This document shows positions 48,401-61,100 of a stretch of DNA of 64,000 bases, one piece after another (the first letter of the stretch is position 1; each line of letters opens with the position of its first letter). The position numbers were made by a program, and so were the translations under genes. The DNA comes from Strigamia acuminata. Taxonomy: Eukaryota. The DNA lies in contig OX442314.1 of the NCBI GenBank assembly GCA_949358305.1, positions 15,748,001 to 15,812,000 of the forward strand, given 5' to 3'. The notes under the pieces were generated by a model. The model did no database searches and had not been told where the DNA came from. It worked only from the letters and a program-made list of their open reading frames with translations.

Positions 48401-51400
48401 CAATGACCCTTTTTGATCGTTTTAGTTTTCTTTTAGAAGGTAAACAAATAAAAGCATATTAATTACACTGATGAATAACCCTTTGATACACCAGAATACG
48501 CTCATTACAACACACAATCTGATTAAAACCCCCTAAACAAGCTAATAAAAATTTAAGAAATATAATAAAAGAAAAATGAAAAAAAAATTGTTTTTCCTCC
48601 AATTTTAATTGTAGGTTACAACTGAGGTCAGGGATGCTCGAGACATTACTGCAAATAAGCCTTTGCATCCCATGCCACACTGAAGCAAGATAAAAGATAA
48701 CAAAACGAACACACCTTCTTACAAAAGAAACGAAATAATGTTTACATTCGAAAGTTGTTTATTCTTCGCACTTCTCCTTATCATTGGAACCATCAACAAT
48801 TTATTATTCAGGTACATTTCGGAAGAAAATAATTTTTCGCAAAACAATCAACTTATGAATAAAAAGATAGTTTACTTTCCAAGATTTTACATTTTTAGAT
48901 CATTAATTTTTCATTTTACAAACAATCCTTTAAAGTTACAAGATGATTATTTAATTAGACATTTTTGTGACAACAAAACCTTCATTTTTTCCCTTTCAAA
49001 TGTTCTTATCTTTTTTTCCCTGCTTTTATTATGAATCTTTTCCTCAATGTTCACTCATAAGATCTGAACTAAAGCTTTTTTTTTTAAAAAAAAAAAATCT
49101 GATTGTTGGATAAAGGAGAAGAAAAAAATAAAACAGGAAAAAAAGGAAAAGAAAATATTTTGTAATCCAATCAAAACAACCTATCTATGGAAGGCGGAGA
49201 ACCTCGATATATAAAACTAATCCCTTTAACATGCCATTCAGGTTGATGGCTTGGAAGAGACAGGTGAACTTCAAAGGTGGAGATTTGTTGGTAAGCAAAA
49301 CCACAAAAGAAAAGAAAAACCTGTGCATAAGCCTATTAATGGTTTCGTGTGCATGTTAAAAATTATGTAAGCTCCAAAATAAAAAAAGAAATATTGTAAA
49401 TAAAAAATGAAAAATATTAAAGCGAATCCACAATGCAATCTCTAACCTTTCCCATCAATCCCACATTTGATGTAGGAAGTACGTTTCATTTCCCCATTTT
49501 TTTCCTAGTTTTAAAACCGCAAATAAAGTATATAGTGTGTAGAATTTATAGCGTGCATAAAACTTCATTGAAACTATGTTCTATGATGAAAAAAAACCAC
49601 ACACAAAAAATTCATAAACCTTTTTCTTGTGTATTTTTCTCGTGCATTCGAAACCGGTCATTTTTAGATCTAAATAAAAAGTCTAAACCGTCTAAAATAT
49701 GCATTTAGATTGAAGGAGAACAAACCAGAGTAGCTACACGACTTTCCGAAAACTTAGACAGAGTAATCCGATTTAAGCCAGCCAACATAAATGTTTTGGA
49801 CTGTTGTTTCCATCTAATTCCAATGTCAAGCTAAACTTTGTGCACTTGCACACTGCGATTTAAAGGAGCACAAATTCGATCTCCATTGTTGCTGCTAAGC
49901 TAAACTAATAAACTGTGCTGGCCAGATCAAATAAATGCGAAAATCTACATTTGAAATTGAGTTTAAACAAACAGTAGAGAGTTTCCAACTTCCCAAGTTA
50001 AGCCTTTTAGTCGTGCAGTGTTTTAAACTTCCATAGAGTAGCTAACATGTCTGACAGCGAAGCTTTGGAATGCAGTTATGTTCCATAACTGCATTCCACC
50101 ATAACTTATAGTGACCACTTTTTTTTTTTATAATTTTATTATTTTGTTTAATCCAAATGACTTTTCAAATGTAGTTAGTTAGAAAAAAAAATGAAAATCC
50201 TCCAGCTCGGATGGGCTCAAACGCAGATCCCCTGTCAGTTCGAGAGGTGCTTTAGTCCAGTATTCAGGATTCCAGCCAAACCACGGCCAATAAACCACTC
50301 TGACTATTCCCTAGCTTATTTACTTTACGCCGGCATTAAATTGGCAAATGTCTTCTCTCTGGGTGGGAATTGATTGTCATCCCCCTTGTGGACGTAAAGA
50401 GGTTGCTGTCCCTGGTTTGTGGAAGTGCTGGATGCCATAAGTGGTCCAATACACCAGTCCAGAAAATACAAGTCGTATAATTCGCGCGAAAGACTTTGAG
50501 CATTGTAAACACTCAGTCTCATAAATAATTTATTTTTTATGAATTTTTCATTAAAAACTCGTAGAGAATTTGTAGTGACCCATGACAATATTTTTCCTCA
50601 CGACCTGCTGAAACCAACACAATTGTCTACGGATTACCAGTTTAAAACCATAGGTGCATTTAAAGTGTCTGTTTATATGGTTTTATGGTATTATGAATGT
50701 GAGATTATTTCGATTTATAGTTTGGGTTTTTTTTTTTTTTTTTTTTTTTTTACAATTTTTGCCAATTAAAATTCTTCTTTTTAGTTTTCACCTAATGAAG
50801 GAATTGTTATCTACTTTTAGAAACACATTTACGCTTTTATTCATGTTTTTAATAGTGGACGATGCTTCACCTGGACGCACTGTAACAATTGGACGTTTAA
50901 CCTCTTACTTGTGTGGCAACCATTTTGAATTTGGTTATAAAACCAAAAGCAGGCGTAAAGCACTCAGAAATCACTCTTGTTGTGGTTTCTGTGTCTGCAG
51001 TTTTTGATGACGGTTTTATGGCTGTTTTTGGTGTCGATTCTGCACTTCTAAATACTTAAAAACTTTTCTCGTTACATTCAAGTTCCAAAACAAAACAATT
51101 ATATTCTAATTTATTACTCGTTAATTTCCTAAAATTAAAGCCATGAACATAATACGGAGCATTAAATTTACAGTAAAAATATTTCAGCACATTAGAAAAT
51201 AGAAATAATAAAAGCTCTTTCGAGATCAAGAATGATATTCAAGATAAAAATAAAACTGCCCACCTCATTCATGCATACATTTTCTTTAGTTCCACCACCA
51301 CTATTGCCTATTATTTCCATAGCAATGATTTCAAAAGATTGCTGTTTATAATCAGTATCTAATTGCATTTGGGGGAATAAGCTCCCATTATATGTAGTCT

Positions 51401-54400
51401 AATCACCGCTTCATCAAAGCTGGTGTGGGAACATACCATTGTGATTATGAATTAGGGAAAATTGATGCAAAAATTATATTCGTGCGCAAATTAGTTTTGA
51501 AAAGCCCTATGTGTGTAATTTGCAAGAAGTATGCCAGAAATGGTTAGAGGGGCGTGTTCCATCAATTCCAAAAAGCCAAGCACAAATAAAGCGGACAAGT
51601 AATTACATCTTTTGTCTGCAGTAGAAATTTACAATTTATCTCGTAGTCATTAAGTAATTAGAAAATAATTTCGAACTGTTTATGAAAAGAAGAAGATAAA
51701 AAAAAATCTCGTATAAATATTTCATGTTTTTCCCAGCAAATAATTAAATAAATGTAGCCATAGATTGCCACTTGTGCCGATTCATTACTGGAAGAAATGA
51801 ATTTCGTGTGTTTTCCCTTATTCGAGCTACCTTAAGCAAGCTTGTAGCAAATTACTTGTAGTAGAAGTCGGTCCAACGACTGCACTCACAATTAATTAAC
51901 TGGCCTACTTATTGGAAGCATCAGTTGTCATAGGAGATCTGGTCTGACTCTGAGCTGTTCAAATTGAATTAAGACCAGATTCGACCACGTCTTCCGAGCT
52001 ATTGCTCCGAGACTTTAGTACCGCGGCTGCAGTGTGAAATTCGAAGTCAATCAATGAGAGAAATCTGTCCAATTTAAAGCTCCTTGTCTTAGGCGTGTTT
52101 TCTTCCCATTTAATTCATTTCTTAGCTGATAAAGCCAGAAACACGAGCATGTAAAACTTAATTAAAAACAAATCCAATACCTAAAGTATTCTCTGAATAC
52201 ATTGAAAACAAAATTCCTTCCTGTCCTTTTTATTTATTTACGAACCACAAAAATGTAACAATTTCCAAAAAAAAAAGGAATTCCACCACTTTGATATCAA
52301 ATACCTTCTACAACACAACTACTGTCAACTTATCTGAGCACATAAATTTTTCGTCTTCCAATTTTCACCATCCACAGACCCCAGACCGGCGATCCAGACA
52401 GAATTCCACATCAAAGAGCATTCACCTTGGCCATTAAAAAAAGACAGAGGAAAAAAAACAAACTTTTTTTTATTGGTCTTGTGTCTTTGGCTTGAATGTG
52501 ACAATTGTCACCGTTTTTATTCCTCACCTACTTGTTCCAATATCAGCAATGGTAGTACCCCTTAACAACTTGCCAGCTTTTATTAGACCAGCAACTTAGC
52601 AATTGCTCAAGCAAACTCCACTTTAGACAGCAGCATTCTTTTTTACTGCCACGGCCAAATGCATTCGCACGCACAAAAGAATATAAGTCACAAATGGAAT
52701 TTCAAATATTTCTAAAGATGAAACTTGTAATTTTTTTTAATAAACATAATTACCCTCCAATCAAAATCCAAGCAGATTAGCAGATTAAATAACATATTTT
52801 CTTTTATTACGCTTTATCGCTTTAACTTAGCTATGCCCATTAAAATAATAACAAGTATTAGAAAGAACAAAACAGCTCACTGCAATGCAAACATAACATC
52901 GCAATAATTGCATTTTCATCGTAAATCAAAACTTTATAGGTATTTTGTTGTTTTCAAAACATGGACGGGATAATACTGCAATAATGCCATCGTTTTGGCA
53001 AAGGCCTTTGTTGTCAACGTTGTAAAATTCTCGTCTTGGCAGTTGAGAGTTTTGGCAGAGAGTTATAGAAGAATTTTCGCATTTAATCGATAACCGACGA
53101 AAGCTTTTATCCAAGGCTTTATGTCACCTTCGCAACGCTGTCTTTGACAAATTTTGGAAAAGCTATATACTTTGATGGAATTGCTTTTAGGGTGCCTCGA
53201 CCGACGGCATATGCAAGTCTTGCGTAACGTTATATATAGCAATGGCTAATAATTGCCATATAAAATATAGGAGCATTCAATCAGAATCTATTTTATTGTC
53301 CCATAGACCATGGTCAACTCCAAATTCCAGTCATTTATATGTACTGCAGTACCATAAAATGCTTTTGTATTCTCTTTTTCCTACGTTATGTATGGCTACG
53401 TGCGCTCTAAGCTTCAAAAAGTGATTTTATTGGATGTGCAAAACCGAAATTGAAGAAAAGGATGGAAGATGAGGCCGTCATCTTGATTACCCCGTGTTTC
53501 GGATCTATTTAGTCTGCTCGTTTGGAATTTAGCATTTCCCATTTTCTTACCAGTAATTCTTTTCTTCTTTTTTTAAAATAAAAATTGCCAAGACTCATGT
53601 AAAATGCAAATTTAAATCGATTTTTAAAATTGTTCAAAATCCGCAGAAATATATACAAAACAGTATCTGTCTGAATCGCCATTTTTTAATTTCCTAAATG
53701 TACTGGTTATTGTCTTAAGTTCTCCCCGGTGTTAAATATTGATGACAGGTAGGTGGAAACTTAAATAGAGGGTTGCATCTTGTTAATATTATTTTTGCTG
53801 ATAAAAATTTCATAGTGTGCCCGGAATTCCATTAGTGAGACCCTGGATTAAAGAACGGAAAAGATGATAAAAGAGTAAGTAAATGCAACGATTGCGAGGG
53901 GTTTGATGAGCAGGTTGCCCTGAGTTATGGTTTCCTTGACTTTATTCTTTCCTTTCTAGATTATTATCGTATGAATTATATATCTAAGTTGCGAGCAGAA
54001 AAATGCTCCGAAGGGTCCATCACTTTTTGTGTGTTGGTTTATGTTTTGTAAATTGTTAGCAACTCGTTCGGCGTGATTTACGAGCGAGTATTTCTTGCGA
54101 TATTGTTTGTTGTTGTTGCACGGAGTTTAAAAACACGTTTCGGCATTTTTATTATTAAATTTGGCGATATTATTTAGGCTAATGGCGCAAACCCATTTCA
54201 TTCGAGCTTCGTTCAATTTATATGAAAGCGGGAATAACATCCGCCGTAATTAAATCGACAGACCATTTCTATAATGCAACATCAAATAAATTCGCTAAAT
54301 GTAGTTAATAATTTATGTATTTAACTTATAATTTGACATTTTTAAGATAAATAAAATTATTGATTTTAAGGCAATACAATTTTAATGAGTGTTTGGTTCA

Positions 54401-55622
54401 GTTTCTTAAAGCTTTTTATTCAAATATTCATTCCTATTTTTCATCACGTTTGAGTAATAAATATTTCGTAAAACATGGCAACAAATTGCAAATTTCTTTC
54501 CGCATGCGAATGTTTCTAATTGCTTTTCCCATAACTAATGCACCGTTCTCTCTCGCTAACTTTACAACTTTTGCCCATTTTTTATTCAATTGCATCTGCA
54601 TATAAACAAGCCATTTCACTCTTCTCCTTATTCTTTTACCTTATTTTCTTCCGAGTGACTTATCTCTTCAATGCTCAATCGCTCTTATCGCCACTTCAAC
54701 TTTTCCATTTCCAAGAATTTACCCCGAAAATTACTTAGGTGGAATGAGAAATTAAACAAACTTGAAGAAAGAAAAAAAGATAATCTTTAGACAAATACCA
54801 TTCCATTTGGATTCTTAAATAAACATTATTTAATAGAAAAAAGAACTGGAAGGATAGATATTAAAAGAATATTACTTCCCAGCTCGCCTTTATTTTTCAA
54901 CGACCTTTTAATGATGTAAGAAATACCAATATCACTAGAATAGCAAGCAAGCTTCCGAGTTGGAAATTGCTTTTCCTACGTAGTATATACTATATGTGAA
55001 AGAATAAACTGAGATGGTGATTAGTGCACAAAATTGGAAGGAGAAAAAAAATTGATTTCAAAGTAACTGCTTCGTTTAATTGGAAAAGCAATAACAGCAG
55101 TTGGAAGACAAATTAAACATTCCATTTTAATGCAATTTTCTATACACATTTTACATATATGCTATTTTTAATTTTAATTTTTTTTTTTTTAATTTTCTTT
55201 TTTAAATGTTCTATAATTGAATTTGAAAATGGACGCCGAACTACTATATTTTGCGCAGGAAGTTTGGAATAAAAAATTTACAAATTTATGTACCAGTCTG
55301 AATAATTCTGTCGACAGATGTCAGGTTCAGCAAGGAAATGAATAATTTCCCATTTCCGCCCATTTCCATGCACTTATAATAGCTTCACACTTTTGCTTTC
55401 TAACGGCTTTATTTTTCTTGATAAAAGTGAACAAATCCTTTACTCTTCCCCAAAGGGGAAAGAAGCAAAAAAACCAACAACAGCAACAATGCATTAAATG
55501 AAAAATATCATAAATTCATAATGATGTTTGCAACTGCATTATCTTTATTGAATAAAGCCTCTGCCCATCTAAAACCCGAAGATAAGCACATAAAAAAATT
55601 GCTGCTGCATTATTTAAATTAA

Positions 55623-56013
55623 GAAGTTTCAGAAATGACACGCTGAAGGCGCTGAAGTGATTGTTCCAATAATCACAATCACTGCATTATTGAAAACTCA
55701 AGCCAGGTCCAAGTGATTATTTTGCATGTCACATGACTTTTATTTATACTTTTTTTAATTTAATTTAATTTATTTTATTTTTGTTATTTATTTATTTGTT
55801 TTTGTTAAATTAAATGGATTATTAATTTTTATTTATTTAATAATTTACAACAAATTCTCTTTTTCTTAGTTTAAGCATTCTTCAGCACTAACAACTCCTT
55901 TTCAGAGATTATACAAAAGCGCTGAAGTTCTGAAGCGATTATTCACATGATAATCGCTTCAGCAGAATAATCGTCATAACATAATCACTTTAGCGTATCA
56001 TTTTTGAAACCCC
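55623..56013. mobile_element. TTAA-flanked MITE-like element (Kolobok-like purine termini)
   Basis: ttaa|gaagtttcagaaatgacacgctgaa ... ttagcgtatcatttttgaaacccc|ttaa: imperfect ~25-bp TIRs with TTAA on both sides. Confidence 0.6.
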
Positions 56014-57175
56014 TTAATGTTTACCACCTGTAATTCAAATTGTCCCTGAAGAATTGAAATTTTATACAAGAAAAAAACCAAATTCTGATTCCCAAACAAT
56101 AACAACGTACAAGGTTTGAGTAAATCAGGTAGCCATAGTTTATAACCAGATGACACCCTTAATTATTTCGCCATCTTTTGCAGACACAATTCACTTCCTT
56201 TTGATAAAAAATAACTGATTAATGTTGTTTTTATTAACATATCATTGAATATTCTATTTTCAATAACATTAAATCTTAATTCTAATTACATTATTTATAC
56301 TGAGAACAAGCCTCGGTTTCATCGATTTTCAGTTGTTTTTTTCATACTCTTTCCACGATTTGACTCGATACATCAATATTTTAAAACAGAAATATTTACT
56401 CAGAATATTTTTCCATTAACTATACCCCGTCTTCGTCGTGCACCAAATCACATTGCGGGAGAAATATTTTCTTACCTGATTGGCCTATCATATCAGCCTA
56501 ATGTTTACTTCAAAAATGATGAATTTCCCTCGCTCGCATCCCATCAGAATTCTACTTCATCATCATTTCAGGAAAGAAACTATATCTTAGATATTGGCTT
56601 CTTGATTGATTACTATTCTATCAATTAAGATAAGACCTTAATTACCTAAATGACCAACTAGTATTAATTAATCACTTTTATTATTCCGAACTGTCAACAA
56701 CACAACTGTTTACGCTCCGTCTAATTTGCAGTGAAAAATTAAAAATCCTTTCTTAATGTTGTCATGGATATGTCACCTTGTTTTCTAACTTTGTTAACGA
56801 GCCGTGAATGACTTCTCAAGTGCCTACATTCTATTACAGCTATCTCAACACGTTGCTCTTGCTTCTCTATACAATACTTTTCTCACATTCAGCCCATCTT
56901 TAAAGCCATTTATTTCTCCCAGAAAACTGTTGACAACGTTTCCCCCTTCTTTTTCCGGGTGTTACACAAAAAGAATCCACTTTCAAGCCCACTTTCTTCT
57001 CTTTTTATTATTATTTATATACCATCTTTTTGTGATATTCAAATTTTTTTAAGCAAAGATATACTACACTGCCAAGTTGATAACAATTCCAGCTTATACT
57101 CCTTCAATGAATGTGCGCTCAACCGTTCTGTTCCCTCCGACTTAAAGACGCTAGTTTTTTAAACAATGTAATGTA

Positions 57176-57634
57176 CAGGGTGTTCATTATAAAGTGTTCC
57201 TGGCGAATTGCGAAAGAACAAACCAGAATTTCAAAAATTTGTTTCAACAGGAAGTGTTAGGTAGTGATTTCAAATTGACTATTAACCTTTGAATCATGGT
57301 CAATCGTTTAGAAAATGAACAATTACAAAGTTGTAGAGCATGATTTGTTTGCTAAGAAAAAGTGGCTTTTACCAGATTTCATCTTTATTTGTTGTTCAAA
57401 CTAACAATAAAAATTCAAGACGTCTGTGCTGTAGAAACAGCAGAGACATTTAAAGATGTTTAAGAATGCTTTAGAAAAGACTTCTAGTCTTATTTGATTG
57501 ATTTCTGTAGTCATTTCATTGACTTTTGAGACAGTGATGCTACACTGCATTACATTTTATTTGATATTTATTTTGAGTCAACAAATGTTTGAAATTCTGA
57601 TTCGTTCCTCGGACTCTTTATAATGAACACCCTG
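57176..57634. mobile_element. Tc1/mariner-type MITE (459 bp)
   Basis: Perfect 19-bp TIRs CAGGGTGTTCATTATAAAG (57176-57194) and CTTTATAATGAACACCCTG (57616-57634), plus subterminal IR cagaatttcaaaaatttgtt / aacaaatgtttgaaattctg. TA on the left, TG (possibly mutated) on the right. Confidence 0.85.
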
Positions 57635-58136
57635 TGTGTGTGTTTCATGCATTAAATCATTCTAAAATGAAGTTTATTTGTGTTGTTAGTCCCTTCTTGG
57701 TCTAGTTAAAGCCCCAAAACAACACTTGAGCTAAAAGCCTAAAAAAAATTGGCAAGATAGCAATTACAGAATTAGGTTTTAGCCACATATAATTTACTTT
57801 ACTCTGTTTGGAAAAAATTGAGCACGTTGAGACGACTTTCTCGTGATCCTTACATTTTTTGGACGAAATGACGAATCTGGAAGAAACGTTCCGACTGCTT
57901 TCTTTCTAACTAGAGATTACCAAAGAACCATTACAGCCAAGTAATTTCGTAATGCTTTTACCTATAATCAGTCTACTTCATCAAACGTTGAGCCAAGATA
58001 GATAACTCTGAAACTCTTTACAGCACAAATTCTAAATTAAAATTGCAGATTTGAAAAAAACCGCAATTTTCTACGCTAGGTTTTTGTTAGTTTCTTCTAA
58101 GCCTCGTTTTGCTCTTCACTAACCAACCAACACAAA

Positions 58137-58164
58137 AAATAAATAAATAAATAAATAAATAAAT
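58137..58164. repeat. (AAAT)n microsatellite
   Basis: aaataaataaataaataaataaataaat. Confidence 0.9.
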
Positions 58165-61100
58165 AGAATCTAACCAAGGTCTACGTTAATTGGACTGAAT
58201 TTCCCCTTTACACAATAAAAACAATAGAATAAGAGAAATCCTTTCAATCGAATCGATTCACTTAGATCTAAAGACAACAATGACAAATTTGTCCTCCGTC
58301 AAGTCGCAGTAAATAATTCTCGCCAAACTAAACTCAATTTATTCCCATTAATTCCAACTATTTCAATTAATTTTTTTTTTTGCCATATCAAATCAACCGG
58401 AGCCATTTTTTTCGCCATTCTAATTCAATTATTGATTCGTTCCACCAACAAAATTAAGTTGAAAACTTAATAATAAAAACACACTTTATTCAGTACAAGA
58501 CCACATAACAAAAATTTTGTTTAAAACATAACCTCGCACACTTTGTGTCCCGTGAGTCCATTAAGTTTAGAGAGCAAAATTATTTATTAAAACGGTCACA
58601 CTTTGCTTGCACTTTTGGCTCCATTCTAAATATTTATAGTGCTAGATAAATTGCGTCAAACTAGCGCCTCGTCTCGAAAACCCTCACAACTGAACCCAAC
58701 CTGGGTCAGCTTAACATACGGCTTAGCTGCTTAATCCATAACGCGTTCCGCAGGATTAAAGGGTATTAACAACAAGTGTGTGCAGCAGGAATATTTGTTA
58801 CCTCATACACGTGTTTGTGTCAATTCGCGCTATAAATTTTTCCCTGGGAAAGAAAAAGTGAAGATTGACAAATCGTAATGGAAGCGTCTGCTTTAGATGA
58901 CAAATTTTTCTTCTGAATTCTTTTGTTGCTTAACGTTGTAAATGTAGAAACTTTTTGTTCTTTTTTCCCTTTTTTTTTTTTTTACTATTTCGACCGATTT
59001 ACTGTAATTTAGTTTGACTCGAATGTAAAAAATTGTTGACTTTCTGGAAAATTCAATCAAATAGAGAAAATTCAACTTTTTTCCCGAAGCGACATTTATA
59101 TTGGATATTTTTGTATAGAACAACGAATTGAAACAACAAATAAAAAACTAAAAAAAATTTAATCTAATTTAAAAAAAATTACGCAATTTTATAAATATTA
59201 CGGGGTAGAAAAATATAATAATAAAAGTGTTTCGTTTATTTTTTTTTTTTAAATTATAATCTTACCAACAATTTATTTGAAAACTTTCATTAAAGCAAGA
59301 ACCACAAAGTTATTAAAATTTTAGCATTCACCAAGAGCGATAAAATGGTCGTCATATTTCACTGACATCATCATTTTTATCATATAACTTAGAGTTTGCT
59401 ATGTGAAGCAAGTATGAAATTCGCCTTTGGACTTCCTGCCAATAAATACCTTTCAATGAAAGAATACCTTCAAGTAAAAGGCGACATTCCACCGATGGAA
59501 AGAACAATAAATGCTCTGCCCGGAATGCATTTTAAGCTAAAAACAACGCTGCGAAAACGCAACAATGTTAATATCTAAATAGAAACTCGGCACATTCCAA
59601 ACACATACCCCACCCCATGACGATTTATAAATTAAAATAAATAAAACTTTTTTTCTCTCTTCAAATTTTTCACAAAACGATGCAATCAACGAAATTGCTT
59701 TACAAGGTTTCGCATTAAGTAACATGTAGTTTGAAATAAATCAACACATGTGATATTATCTGGTTAGATCGTGTGGCTTTATTTGTGTACATAACATTTG
59801 ACTCGGAGCCCAAGTTTAACATACCCATGTTGACATTACAAGTTCTATTAAAGCTCAAACTTCATCAGCAGCGAACGACCTAAAAATTAAACTAACTTCT
59901 TCATTACATTACATCCATAGCTTTCATCAGTGTACCAGCAAATAAAATAAACAAGGGGCCACTAGGGTTATGTATGGACGCCATCTTTAAGTTGTCGTGC
60001 GAGCTCTTGAGCTTATGCGTGGGGAGGAAAAATGCAATAGCAAAAATAAGAAAAGAAAAAAAAAAAGTTATAAATATTTGATTGCAAAGAGAATATTAAA
60101 ATGTTAAAGAGAAAATACAATGCTAACATTTCGTGACATTTATTTCTTTGTTATTAAATTTAAAAAAATAAATTTCTTTTTCTCGTTGAGACAATTTGAA
60201 AACTTATTTCGAGACAAAACTGTGCATGTCGAAATCAAGTTCGGTGATTTATTATCGTCTCATATGATGAGTTTAAATCTTTTCAATCTGAAGCTTGGTC
60301 ATCATTTCAAGGTTCCTGGCATCAAGTTATGAAAAACTCATTTTCTGCCTCATTTTAGATGAATAGAAATTTATACATTTTCTAAATTTTTGTTAGAAAA
60401 CTCCCAAAATGTCGTGAGCGATCACAGAAAAATCGGTTCAAAATGTATCATCATTACGTGTTATTTGCTCAGAAAACAAGCAAACTTCTGGGAATAAAGG
60501 ATAAACACAATTGTTTACAAAACTTGCAGTATTTGACAACAAAAACAAACAAAAACAAAAAATAAAAGTAGGTAATTTAGTTCAATTACACCGAAATCCT
60601 AATCAAACACAAACAATCTAATCGGCCACAAAACTTTCACCTAAATCGTAGATTCGCACCTCATGATTTTCAGCTTTTCACCTAACAAGAATATTTATTT
60701 CACTCATTTATGCATTCCAATGAGTAATTCCTCTGTCTCATCTTAACATAATGTTTATTATACAATGTAATGGAATGAATACGTGATGGGAATTCGATTA
60801 TAAAAATGCATTCTCATGTTATGCTCCATTGTCCCGGACATTCCTGAGCTGAAAACCCAAGAAACTAATTACACGACAAGTTTGCTACAAGGATACTCAA
60901 ACTTGTACGCTTTTAGTTACACTTGGTCGTCGATGGTGGAGTGATGTTCGAGGCCGTCACCTTGTCGTTTGCTCTTCTGAGCAATTCGTTCTGGACTTTG
61001 GCAATGTCGCGCGCATGAACTCACTGCTGATTCGTGTTTCCCGTCTCGCTGCTCTCGTTTTTTTACCCATGTATATTTCCTTACATCCTGTTTTACTTGT

